A DNA stretch of 64,000 nt from Camelus dromedarius (lineage: Eukaryota). The position numbers and the translations under genes are program-made. Location: NCBI RefSeq assembly GCF_036321535.1, contig NC_087437.1, positions 96,784,001 to 96,848,000 of the forward strand, written 5' to 3'. This document shows positions 51,910 to 64,000 of the stretch, piece by piece. The notes below the pieces were generated by a model. It saw only the letters and a list, made by a program, of their open reading frames with translations. It was not told the DNA's origin and ran no database searches. Within the stretch, counting starts at the first letter, position 1; each line of letters opens with the position of its first letter.

Positions 51910-52478
51910 GTATAGTCATTCTCTTAGCCCTTAGGGCATAGAACATCAAGCAAAAATGTGTGTGCTAATATTACTATATCGGGAAGTACTCTTCCAAGGA
52001 AGTCACAATGAGGGAAAAAGAAAGAGGAGAAGAACAAAAATGTGGAGGTGCATTACCAATCCGCTTACACTTTGTATCAAGCACAATTTCTCTTTATTGT
52101 AAGAGGCAGCATGAACTACTGCATCTAGGTCTACATTAGGGTAAAGAAAGAAGAAAAAATTATCTGTCATCTCTCATTTCTATTGTGACAAGTTTGCTTC
52201 ATGAGCTATTAGCATACTCTTCCCCTAACCCAAACACATGAACTTCCAGGTTGCATGCTAGTGGCCCTAATGTGTCCCATGCTGTCTCATGTCTCAGAAG
52301 CAATAAGAAAGCATCAGGGAGGAAGGCAAAGTGTGCTATGTGGGCATGAAACAAGATGCAGTCATATTGGCCCATGAGAAGTCAGCAGTTGTAGTATCTG
52401 AAATGAGATAGTATCCAATGGTCTCAGCAAGAGATCCCACTAAGAGGTTCTTAGGTGGCACTAAGAGGTATCTGATAT
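51910..52478. mobile_element. Possible old ERVL-class LTR
   Basis: Composition shift and an LTR33/LTR16-like end 'ggtggcactaagaggtatctgatata'; weak. Confidence 0.3.
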
Positions 52479-53724
52479 AGTTCCAAGTACCATCCACTTT
52501 ATTCTGTCTTCTCTGGCCTTAGCAGTCAAGGGTGGTTTGCATATAGCCTTTAATTTGACTTCTATTTCTGTGATGTGGTAATTATGGACAGAGAATGAAG
52601 AAGTGTGTGAATACTGATATTTTTAGATAATACACATTCTGGGATAGTTTGGGTAGAAATAGTGCTCTGACTTGCTTATTAACTCTAATATTAATAAGTT
52701 ATGGTGATTTTCATACAAGCTTTATTTTTGTATAGCTTAACCTTTGAAATCCTACACTCTCTAGATAAATCTTTTTTATGTTTGATAAACACATACTTCA
52801 TCAACCTTATATCCTTTTGCCTTTGTTATTCAACAAAATTTCCTGCACACTCCAGGCTCAATTCAAAAGTCCCCTTTTCTCAAAGGATAATATTATATAT
52901 TGAATCTTACTCAAGTTTAAGTTTTTAGGTCCCTTTTTAAGGCAAAAATTGAGGACAGTCAAAATTATCCATGAAAATTATTTAAATTATCCACTAGGAA
53001 CAGTATTATACACACATACATATATGTATATATACATACATGTAATTATCTATAGATCTCTCTATATATAGTTTATTTATTCAAACCTATGTGAAATCCT
53101 CCAGGTCTTGGCTAGTCAGTATTTTCTGTGTGGCTCCAAGTCTCAAGAAAGCCTTAAAATTAGTCACACATTTCTTTTATCATTTTTGCTCTTGAGTTGC
53201 AGTCTTACTTGTGTCCACTGTTTATTGAATAGAATTAAAGTAAGTGTGTGACTCAACTCCACTGTCCCAGACCTTCTCAAAAAGATTTCACCCCCTTTAT
53301 GCTATTGGCAGGTGGTTTATTGTAAGTATTATTTCTATTAGGTGACATGTGACAGTGAGACATTCCCTACAGCCTTCTCCCATTTGGATATAATGTTTAG
53401 TCTTTTCACATAGGTATTGATATTAGAATTGAAAATAGAAAAGATTCAAACATAATAGGAAAGTGTTAAGAATAATAACATGAAAAACTGCAACAGCCCT
53501 TAGTTTCTAAAAAATCCATTCCCTTGATTTGATTGTTTAGTTGTTGACAACTAACTTGTTCCTGGATCTCAAAAGCTAAGAACTGAAGCTAACAGTGGTC
53601 CTGGTCCTAGGGGAGCCTTGCTTGGTAAATCCTGATTTGACATACCAGCTGTCCTTCTGGAAAGGCTTCTCTGCTACTGTTCTCTACAGCTGTAACGGCA
53701 TCATATTTGGTTCTGTCCAGAGTC

Positions 53725-53842
53725 ATCTGGCTGACTAGAAAGTGAGTTCATGAGAATAGGGACTCTCTCTTAATTGTTATATTCCTGGTATCCAGTGCAT
53801 TTTAGAGGATAATAGGTTCTCAAAAAAGTGTTTGAAGAGTTA
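53725..53842 (+). mobile_element. L2 3' terminal fragment
   Basis: 'ctagaaagtgagttcatgagaatagggactct...taggttctcaaaaaagtgtttgaa'. Confidence 0.55.
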
Positions 53843-56800
53843 ATCACAAAAAATTTTAAAATATTGCATATTTTCACATAAAAGCTTATCAATTCTTACT
53901 ATTCTATAAAAATAGATTATATTAGATTAAATTTCATTAACTGACAATGGAGATAATTGTCTGATAGATACTCTGCTCTATTTGTAATTGTTATATTATA
54001 AAACAGAATAATCCTGAATTTAAACTTCATTCCTAATAAGAAGTTTTTTATCTATCATTTAAAAAAACAAGCGAAGATGTGCCACTTAGATGATTCATAA
54101 TATTGTTTACGCCCATACTAAGTGAGAAGAGATAATTAAACCCCCTAGTGTGCTCACACAGAGGGCTGATAAATGTTTATTAATTATTATGGATGTGCCA
54201 TAGATAACAAAAGATGATATATAATGGGTCATCTAAAATCAGCTGGTATCTAGCTCTAGAATTGAATTTCTCTCACTGTATTGCTCTGTAGCCTGAATAT
54301 AGCTTCAACTTGAATAATTAAATCCAGGATTCTCTTAAGCAAAACTCTCTAATGCAATCTTGAAAGAGAACATTGTTGAACAACAAGTTCCATCATAAAC
54401 TCTACACTGAGTATTTTTAACAATCTTAGGAAACCATTGGTTTGATAATAGCTATTCCTTGGACTTCAGAATTTAATTAGGCAATCTTGTATTGGACACC
54501 AGATAAAGTAAATGGATAGTTAGCAACCTTAGATCATGTGGCATGAAATAAATCATAATACAAGATTTCTTCCATTTACTGTCTTCTATAGTGTGATACT
54601 AAATTGGTTTGAGATAAATGGCTTCCATCATATGCCTCTGTTGAGGATAAAAACCAGAAAATGATACTATTAATATACTGAAGTCGCCTCATTATTCAGG
54701 AAGATTAGAATAAAGAATCAAGGTAACAGGTCTGTGGATTGTTTTCCTAGCATATTAGGGGGCTTTGCTAAGGACTACAAAGTTTGGGATGACTTATACA
54801 AATTATAAAATGTGAACGAATGTAACAGTGCTGTTAAAAATATGTTTCAATAATATGTTAAGATTTCTTATATACTTATAATAGTTTTCCTCTTGCAAGC
54901 TCATGAAGTAATGAATTTGATACTGTAGACTTATATAATAGATTTCAAAAAATAATATACATTTTCAATGAGGATTTTAATTCAGCCATTTTTACTTATG
55001 TGTTATGGAGTAAATTATACATACGATGATCTTTCATGATTCTAGGCAATTACTTCAGGAAGAATAAGTTTCCTTTGAAATCATTATAATATGGCTGATA
55101 AATGCTTTATAAAATTTAGAGCAACCTTAAAATAAGTAATCTAATAGATGATGATAATATTTTTATTTGGGATTATGCAAGCAAAAGAGGCCATTCTCTT
55201 TTTTTTTGTAGGCAGAATTCCAGGTTAATATCCTTTTACAGATATGAGTGTCCTTAACATGGACATAACAAATTGATATTAGAAACCAGTTAAGATTGTG
55301 AACCCAACTCCATTTGAAATATCATGTTTAAGAGTCATTCATCTTCAAAATTCTCCTTCACTGACAGCACAGCTTAGAGTTTCTATGTAAAAGTTGAAGT
55401 TCCAGTGTAATAAAATTTTAGTTTCCTACCATAAAGTCATAAATTCATTTCAAATTCATAGGTGGGCAGAAAAATTTAATAATGAAAAAATGTAATAAAT
55501 AATTGTGAATAAATTAATACTAGTAACTTCTTTCCCCAGAAAGGTCTTGATGGATTTGGAAAATCATATAATTATACCCCCAATTTTTAATTTATTCCAG
55601 AACTGTCAATTTCTGCTAATTTTATTTTTTTTTTACTTGAAGGTATTTTTTGCTTAGTATGCTACAGGTAACAGATGCTGAAAGTGCTAAAAATACTAAT
55701 GCTATTTTCAAGAAAAACAAACACAAAGTGTTTTTAAAAGCTATTTTGATACTGTGTTTGAAATATCAGGTGGCAGCCAGAGGCTGGGGAAAAGGGGGCG
55801 TTGTGGAGGAGAAGTGAGTTATTTGTGAGAGAGGGAGTGATGGCATTGTATTTTTAAATGTGCTGAAGATTAACTTTACATGAAGAGGTAAAATCCAGGA
55901 AGATAAATGGAGCTATGTAACCTCATAGGTTACGACAATTCTCATGCTGAACGTGAGGGACTACCAGCACACGTTCCACCTCTACAGGAATTTGTATTGT
56001 TAAAACCACAATTCTAACTAACAGCAACAACAAAACCCAAACCTACAACCAACGAATCAGAAATAAAACAAAATAAATATCACCCACAAAGAAAACCAAC
56101 CTACCACACATCAAATGCCCTGGTGATCCTGCTGAGTCAAACCAAATAGTAATTAGGAGGGCGGGCATGGAAACCAGCAGACAGAGTTAGGTTTGATCAC
56201 ACATCAGGCCTTGACTCCATGCTTTCTGCCGTAGTCAGGGCCATAATCATAGTGCCCCATTTAGCTGCCACGTCTGGGTCAAAAGATATATTCAGAGATC
56301 CAAATAAGCACTCTGAGTAGGAGCAAACTCCTGACCTATGAACATCTTTATTTGCATGTTGATTTTTATTCAACATGTAATTTATTCTGATGTGAAAAAG
56401 AAGATACATAGTTTGTAGTTCTAGAATAATTTCACAGCAGACATATGCCCTAACATTGACGTTATTCCAATTTGACATATTCCTGAAGGTTTTGAAAACG
56501 GTCTGGGAAGTGAGGAGTCAAAACGTGCGATACGGCAGATGATGCTCAGAAACAGAAAAGTCTCCTTCAGGTTGAAGTCTATCACAACTACACTTCTGTC
56601 ATTTTAAAATGCAAGAACTAGAGTATTTCTAAGAATCCTGAAGACTTTAAGATTCAGGGACTCTATACATTTTTATATGTACTTCAGGTTTCAGATTTTT
56701 TAATATAGGAATAAATTTACTTTTTTTTTTTTTGGTTTGAATATCCTAGAGAGTAAGCACTATTAGGCATGTCTTAGAGCTTAGTCTCTTCATCTTTAAG

Positions 56801-58621
56801 AAATAACTCTTGTATAATTCTGTACACTCCAATCCAATTTAATAACAGAGAAAGAGATACAGAGCACTGTGGTTAATTGTAGAAAATGATTGACAATGAC
56901 TATTTTCTGAGGTCTGGGAAGCCATCTGAAAGATCAAACAGTACACAAAACTAGGTACGGGGTGTTGTAATTAAGCATCACAGCTAATGGCCCTCAAACA
57001 AAACTCTGCTGGAAGACTCAGTGATTAGAGGCACCTGCAGGTTAATAATTAGAAGCATCTGAGCACAGAAGCAATTAATATAGGGAAACTCTCCCAGGAG
57101 AAAAGACTGAGAAATAAACAAAATTAGATTCTTTCCAAATTCCCATTTTTAAAAGTCTGTGTTAATAAAGTGTCACCAAGCCCAAACTTTTACGAATGCA
57201 TTAAAATACTTAAATTTAGTTTGTTCTGTAGCATATTTTTTAAAAAATTCACTGTGCTCCTAAATGTTTTCATTCAATGTAATCAGGAATGATTGTTTTT
57301 CTCCATTTGCCAAGCAATTTGGAGCTCTTAAGGATGAGGTATGGTAGTCAATAGTAATGATTTGCTAGGCAAAACTAAGACCCCCCAAATATTGAATTTG
57401 TCTAAATGTCTAGAATATTAAAAATAAGAGCCTCCAAAAACTGATTTTTTCAAATTAAAAACCATACTAACACGTCAAATGAACTATTTATAAGTGAAAA
57501 TGTTCTAATTTGTAAAGTGTGAAACTGCTTCCATTTTCATATAGAAACATTTAATCATTTCAGCACAGCAAGATTTTTTATATTCACTAAGTACTTTTGG
57601 TACATACCAAAATACGTTCAGTTAACACATATTCCTCTATTTTGCGATCATCTTTTAATCTTTATTGTGTGTATGAATATGCATTTTTCACTTCAGAATT
57701 ACATTCATTTTAGTCATCTTAAATACATAATATTCAATTAGGTCCCACTGTTCATTTTCTGTTCCAAGCTGATTGCAAAAGTAGATGTTTTGAGGGTATG
57801 TAGCAAAGGCTAATGTATTCCTAAGCAAAATGGAAAAATGATAAACCAGGAAAAAGAAAGACATTAAAGGACATTAAAGGACTGCTCTGGTCATGTGACC
57901 TAATCATTAAAAAACACTTCCAGGGGAAAAAAATCTCAAACATTAAAGAAATGTGGGTTCATGAATTATGTATAGTCATAAAGGCCCTTGGAAAACATGT
58001 AAAATTCAAGCCCTAAGTCATTACTTTGAGAACTACTTCTATTATTTTTCTTTGTCTTGTAATGAATAATTTGCATCAGAATCCCAATACATTTATATCC
58101 TTCAGCAAAATTTACTTGGTCAAGTATGTCAGATATTACATCCCATTTTCAATTAGTGTTTCCTTTCACCTTTTTAATAGTATTATCTTTTGTTTATAGG
58201 GACAGATGTTGAACAATTTAAAACACAGTGTTTCAGATTTCTGTTAATTATAATCCAAGTTGATTATAAATAAACATTGTAGACAGTAAAGGTGCTATAA
58301 AATATTGCTGTATTCTTAGTATCATAGCATCATTACTGTTCAATGACTTTAGAACATCTCCCCTCAAATACAATCCACATAAGGTTTGCTCTATTACCAC
58401 AGCTCTGGCTTAATTGCGTTCATTAGACTTCATCTTCTGGATTTGAAACAAACTCAGAGGACTTTATAGATGAATTTTGTTTGCTGGGTTTATTTTACTG
58501 CTACTTTTTTGTTGTTTAAATTTGATTTTTTTTTCTTTTCTTACTTTTCCAAGGAAAATGCTACACTTACTGGGATTGTCTATATGTTCCCCATTGTCAT
58601 CTGTTCCCTACCACTTTGATA

Positions 58622-58766
58622 ATCAAAGTGATGTCCCATGGGCCTCACCAGGGAGCTTGTTAAAATTCAGATTCTTAGACCTCTACCCCAGGCCTTCTAA
58701 ATCAGAAGTTTCACTTTAACAAGATTCTAGGTGATCCAAACACACATTCAAGTTTTAGAAGCATTG
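58622..58766. mobile_element. MER5A-like (hAT-Charlie) MITE
   Basis: 'tcaccagggagcttgttaaaattcagattc...aatcagaa...ttaacaag...aggtgat..caagttttagaagcattg'. Confidence 0.8.
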
Positions 58767-58786
58767 TAGAAAGCACCACATAGACA

Positions 58787-61170
58787 CAAGCCTACCTCAG
58801 AGATATTGCGGGTTTGGATCTAGACCATCACAATAATGCAAATATCACAATAAGTTAAATCACAGGAATTTTTTGGTTCCCCAGTTCATATAAAAGTTAT
58901 GTTTACATGATATTGTAGTGTATAATGTGCAATAACATTATGCCTGAAAATGATTATACCTTAATTTAAAAAATGATTATTGCTTAAATGTGCTAACAAT
59001 CATCTGAGCCTTCCATCAGTCATAATCTGTTTGCTGGTGGAGGGTCTTGCCTCAGTGTTAATGGCTGTTGACTGATTAGGGTAGTGGTTGCTGAAGATTG
59101 GGGTCACTGAAAATTTCTTAAAATAAGACAACAATAAAGTCTGCGCATTGAATGACCCTTTCATAAATGATTTCTCTGTGGCATGCAATGCTGTTTGATA
59201 GCATTTACCTACAGAAGAACTTCTTTCAAAATTGGAGTTGATCCTCTCAAAACCTGCTGCTGCTTTATCAACGAAGTTTATGTAATATTCTAAATTCTTT
59301 GTCATTTCCATAATCTTTATAGAATCTTTACTAGGAATAGATTCTACCTTAAGAAACCACTTCTTTGCTCATTCATAAAAAGCAACTCATTCATTAAAAT
59401 TTTACCATGAGATAGCAGCAATCCAGTCACATCTTCAGGCTCCACTTCTAATTCTAGTTCTCCTGCTATTTTCATCACATCTGCAGTTACTTTCTCCACT
59501 AAAGTCTTGAACCCCCCAGTCATCTATGAGGGTTGGAATTAACTTCTTCCAAACTCCTGTTAATGTTGACATTTGGACCTCTTCCCATGAATCACAAATG
59601 CTTTTAATGGCATCTAGAATGGTGAATACTTTCCAGAAGGTTTTTAATTTGCTTTGCAGACATCCATCAGAGGAATCACTATCTATATCAGCTATAGTCT
59701 TATGAAATGCATTTCTTAAATAATAAGAGTTGAAAATCAAAATTACTCTTTGATCCATGGGCTGAAGAATAGATGTTGTGGTAGCAGGCATGAAAACAAC
59801 ATGAATCTCACTGCACATTTCCAGCAGAACCCTTGGGTGACCAGGTGCATTGTCAATGGGCAGTCATAAAAGGTATTATGATTTATTTTTTTCTGAGCAT
59901 CAGATTTCAAGAGTGGGCTTAAAATATTTAGTAAACCATGTTTTAAATGGATGTTCCATCATCCAGGCTATGTTGTTCCATTTGTAGAGCACCAGCAGAA
60001 TAGATTTAGCATAATTCTTAAGAGCCCTAGGATTTTTTAAATGGTAAGTGAGGATTGACTTCACCTTAAAGTCACCAACTCTATTAGCCCCTAACAAGAG
60101 TCAGCCTGTCCTCTGAAGCTTGGAAGGCAGGCATTGACTTCTTTCCAGCTATAACAGTCCTAGATGGCAACTTCTTCCAGTATAAGACTGTTTCATCTCT
60201 ATCGAGAATCTGTTGTTTAGTGTAGCCACCTTCATTAAGTATCTTAGCTGTGTCTTCCGGGTACCTTGCTGCAGCTTCTGCATCAGCATTTGCTGCTTCA
60301 CCTGTACTTCTCTGTTATGGAGACTGCTTCCTTAACCTTACGAACCTACCTCTGCTACCTTTAAACTTTTCTTCTGTGCTTCCTTACCATTCTCAGCCAT
60401 CAGAGAATTGAAGAGATTTAGGACCTTGCTCTGGATTAGGCTTTGTTTTAATGGAATATTGTGGGTGCTTTGACCTTCTAACCAAATCACTAAAATCTTC
60501 TCTGTGTCAATAAGGCTGTTTTGTTTTCTGATCATTTGTGTTCAGAGGAGTAGCACTTTTAATTTTCTTCAAGAGCTTCTCCTTTGCGTTCACAGCTTGG
60601 CTAATGGTTTGGTGTAAGAAGCCAAGCTTTCAGCCTGTCATGGCTTCCAACATGCCTTCCTCAAGAAGCTTAATCACTTCCACCTTTTGATTTAAAGTGA
60701 TAGACAGGAGACTTTTTCTTTCACTTGAAACTTAGAGGCCATTGTAAGGTTATTAGTTGATCTAATTTTAATATTGTGCCTCAGGGAAATGGAAGGCCTG
60801 AGGTGAGGGAGAGAGATGGGGAAGGGCTGGTGGGTGGAGCAGTCAGAACAGACACAACATTTATCTATTAAGTTCACCCACTGCCTTATATGGGTGCAAC
60901 TTGTGTGTCCTAAAACAATTATAATAGTAACATCAGAGATCACTGATCACAGATCACTATAGTAAATACAGTAACACTGGAAAAGTTTGAAATATTACAA
61001 GAATTACAAAAATGTGACATAGAGACACAAAGTGAGCAAATGCTGTTGGAAAAATGGTGCCAATAGACTTGTTGGGCACAGGGTTGCCACAAACCTTCAA
61101 TTAAAAAAAAAAAAAACCACAGTATCTCTGAAGCACAAAAAGTGAAGCACAATGAAATGAGATATGCCTG
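58787..61170 (-). mobile_element. Full-length Tigger1 (TcMar-Tigger) DNA transposon with disrupted transposase
   Basis: Both TIRs present (caagcctacctc... / ...gagatatgcctg-TA), ~2.38 kb. Minus ORF pieces give the CENP-B-type HTH (IRKQNSLI..EKILVIW), LGAN..GDFK and the DDE motif VVFMPATTTSILQPMDQ, broken by stops and frameshifts. Confidence 0.95.
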
Positions 61171-61960
61171 TACTGGTTTAAAAATTAATACATGATTTTT
61201 CTCCTCTTTCCTGCACATTTCCTTTGACTGCACTTCCAGTATAAAAGGGTCAATTAGAAATGGCAGGGAAATTCAATAGAGCAACGGAAGTTTACATAAA
61301 AGTAGAACTAGAGGAATCACCTGAGGGACTTTTGCTGAATAAATCTTGAGGTTTGGTTCAATTGAAATTTACATTTTAAATGAACTAGCTTTACATTACG
61401 AATATTATTGAATTATTCCCCCTTACATTTTTATTATTCCAGCTGAATACATTAATTCCTGTTTTTTAAATATTTTAAAAACCATACTGATAACCATATT
61501 TTTTTTCAGCCTCATTTCTATTTTTATAGTATCTGTGGGTATCTGGATAAGCAGTCATTGTGTAGAATGAAGTCCTAGACTCATTCCCCAATTACAAGAA
61601 GTTTCTCCTCCCTGCTGCATAAGGGAATAAAAAAAAAAAAACAGAGGTAGCTGGCAAAATTTTACTTGGTAATTTTGGTTTAAACTTTTTAATATTGTTC
61701 TTAGCTCAGATTTTGTTATTCAGTGTTACATTCTATCAATGCTCGAAATTTTATTTAATATAAAACAAAGATCAGATCTCGTTTCTTTTATTTTATACTT
61801 ATTTCCATGGGAAATATTAAAAAAGAGCCTAATCCTTTCCATTGTAAGCCAATTATATACTATTAGAATTAAATGAATAAATTTTAATGAAAGAGATTTT
61901 GCTTTTTCTATTCCTTTGGATAGTCATTAAGAGAGAATAATGAATAAATCTCCTATCAAT

Positions 61961-61990
61961 TTTTATTTTATTTTATTTTATTTTATTTTA
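61961..61990. repeat. (TTTTA)6 repeat
   Basis: Directly visible. Confidence 0.9.
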
Positions 61991-62173
61991 TAGACTAGCT
62001 GCTTAAGCAACTTTTCCCAAGCCCCAGTTGTTAAAAATGCTTTAGTAAAATTACTGTCAGCCAGAGTTAAAATTTTTCTTTCATTTACTTCTGTATCCAT
62101 CTCTTATAAGATTTCTTGAAGGCTCCCTAAATAAAGAAATGTATAAAGAGTTCCATGAATCATGAGGATAGGA

Positions 62174-63070
62174 TGCTCTGGACTGAACTGTGTCCTGTCA
62201 AAGTTCATATATTGAAATCCTCACCCCCAGTGTGACTGTATTTAGAGACTGGGCTTTTAGGAGGTAATTAAGAGTAAATAAGGTCATGGAGGTGGGATCC
62301 TAATCTGGTAGGATTAGTGACCTTCTAAAAAGAGGAAGAGAAAGTTCTCTCTCTTTCTTCCCACTCAGATACACTGAGGAAAGCCTATGGGAACACGTCG
62401 AGAAGGTGTTTGTTTTCAAGCTAGAAAGAGAGCTCTCACTAGAATCTAACCATGCTGGTAACCCTGATCTCGGACTTTCAGCCTCCCAAAGTATGAGAAA
62501 ACAAATTTCTGTTGTTTAAACTAATACCAGTTTATGATATTTTGACATGGCAGTGATGGGGTTCAGGGCAATCCACCCCAAAATATGCCACTTTGACATA
62601 TTGATTATTTTGAATTAAAGTTACTGGGGAAATAGTACAAGAACTCTCTGACCCTCTTTTGTCCTCTTGAAAGCAGGAAATAAATTTCCCATCTGAAAGT
62701 ATCCTCCCTATACCAGAAGGCTAGGAGGCTTTTTATTGCCAGAGATAGGGAAGTCAAGGCTGTATAAACAAACCTTGTTGGTTTTTTATTAGTTTGTTAC
62801 CCCAAGCAAAAAACCCCTCCTTTTGTCAAGTCCTCAAAAATAATCATTTAAAGATATAAGAGCTGTCTGTTTTGGTCACTTCTTTGAGCCTCATATCTTT
62901 GGGGTTGTCGTATATACAAAATTAAATTTGACAGTTTCCTCCTGTTGATCTGTTTTATGTCAATTTAATTTTTAGACCAGCAAAAAAAAAAAAAAAAAAA
63001 AAAAAAGAGACCTTGAAGGGTAGAGGAAAATTTTTTCTCTCCTATAGCAGCCAAAACAGACTAAAATACA
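62174..63070 (+). mobile_element. MLT1A/B-type 5' LTR, split by an ERV1 LTR at 62554-63046
   Basis: tgctctggactgaactgtgtcc...ggactttcagcctcc..aaatttctgttgtttaa...atggcag, resuming as ccaaaacagactaaaataca. Confidence 0.88.
62554..63046 (+). mobile_element. ERV1-class solo LTR (MER34/MER39-like)
   Basis: Starts tgatggggttcaggg..caccccaaaatatgccactttgacatattgattattttgaa; exact 4-bp TSD gcag (62550-62553 and 63047-63050); internal A25 run at 62982-63006. Confidence 0.85.
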
Positions 63071-63475
63071 TTTGGTACTGAGAAGTGAGGTGCTGGTATA
63101 ACAAAAAAATCTAAAAACTGTAGGAGATTCTAAGCAAAGTGTTGAAGCAGCAGCTAGGTTCCTGATGGCTGCTTATAGTAAACTGTGAAAGGAGAGAAGT
63201 GAATTGAGAGAGAATTTATTAAGCGAAAAAGAACCAGAACTTGAAGATTTAGAAAATTCTTAATTTACCTATATTATCAAAAAAATGAGAAAGCATGTTG
63301 TGAAGTAAACACCAAGAGTATGGTTAGACTAGCACTTGACAAACAGCTTATAAAATTATACTTGATAAAGAGCTAATTTAAACTGAAGGTGGGACAAAAT
63401 GAAGGAAGGTTGTTGGATTTCTTGGATTTGAGGGACAAAACAGTAAACCTATTTGGCTGTGAATGTGCTCTATTC
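63071..63475 (+). mobile_element. MaLR internal sequence (MLT1-int)
   Basis: Follows the LTR directly with tttggtactgagaagtgaggtgctg; contains ggctgcttatagtaaa..gagagaa and agatttagaaaattct, typical of MaLR-int. Confidence 0.8.
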
Positions 63476-64000
63476 TTTTATTTTTTTTTTTTACTTTTTA
63501 AAAATACATATATTTTTATAACAGTATAGTCAGTTTACAATGTTGTGTCAGTTTCTGGTGTACAGCATAATGCTTCAGTCATACATGTACATACGTATAT
63601 TTGTTTCCATATTGTTTTTCACCATAAGTTACTACAAGATATTGAATATAGTTCCCTGTGCTATACAGTATGAACTTGTTATTTATCTATTTTATATATA
63701 TATTAGTTAGTATCTGCAAATCTTGAACTCCCAGTTTATTCCTGTCCCCACACCTCCAGTAACTGTAACTTTGTTTCCTATGACTGTGAGTCTGTTTTTG
63801 TTTTGTAAACAAGTTTGTTTGTCCCCTTTTTTAAGTTCCACATATAAGTGATATCATATAGTATTTTTCTTTCTCCTTCTGGCTTACTTCACTTAGAATG
63901 ACAATCTCCAGGGCTATCCATGTTGCTGCAAATGGCATTATTTTATTATTTTTTATGGTTGAGTAGTATTCCATTGTATAAATATACCACCTCTTCTTTA
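63476..64000 (-). mobile_element. Young lineage-specific L1 3' end, running off the window
   Basis: Poly-T then gtatagtcagtttacaatgttgtgtcagtttctggtgtacagcataat; same family as 3636-4140. Confidence 0.92.

Noticed and set aside
57861..57882. acattaaagg tandem duplication
   Set aside because: Ordinary short slippage duplication with no further structure.
59000..60535. Transposase ORFs as a TIGD1-like gene
   Set aside because: Multiple stops and frameshifts within intact transposon termini indicate a fossil Tigger1.
1..64000. L1 orientation bias as evidence for a host gene strand
   Set aside because: L1 fragments occur on both strands in similar numbers, so no inference is possible.
1..64000. 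CRISPR array, operon or other prokaryotic/viral system
   Set aside because: No regularly spaced repeat-spacer units and no gene-dense coding; the content is mammalian interspersed repeats.

Overview
This is AT-rich, CpG-depleted mammalian non-coding DNA (gene desert or large intron), not microbial sequence. The tRNA-derived vic-1-like SINEs, the young L1 3' tails and the absence of recognisable Alu, B1, BovB or PRE-1 elements point to a camelid genome (inference). I found no credible protein-coding exon, RNA gene or CRISPR array. The supplied ORFs are chance frames or decayed transposon coding remnants (L1 ORF1/ORF2, L2, Tigger1 and hAT transposases). The window is a mosaic of eutherian interspersed repeats (L1, L2, MIR, MLT1/MaLR, ERV1-type solo LTRs, MER3, MER5, MER45-family, MER47/Tigger5, a full-length Tigger1), lineage-specific L1/SINE insertions and microsatellites. 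The most notable structures are two L1 insertions with twin-priming 5'-inversion geometry (one only ~90 bp long), a rearranged hAT-Tip100 transposase fossil with two right ends in tandem, a four-layer nested retroelement stack, and a few repeat-poor patches with candidate regulatory motifs. I cannot support a claim of a new biological system. Repeat family names come from recalled consensus sequences and need RepeatMasker/Dfam confirmation; boundaries of old elements are approximate.
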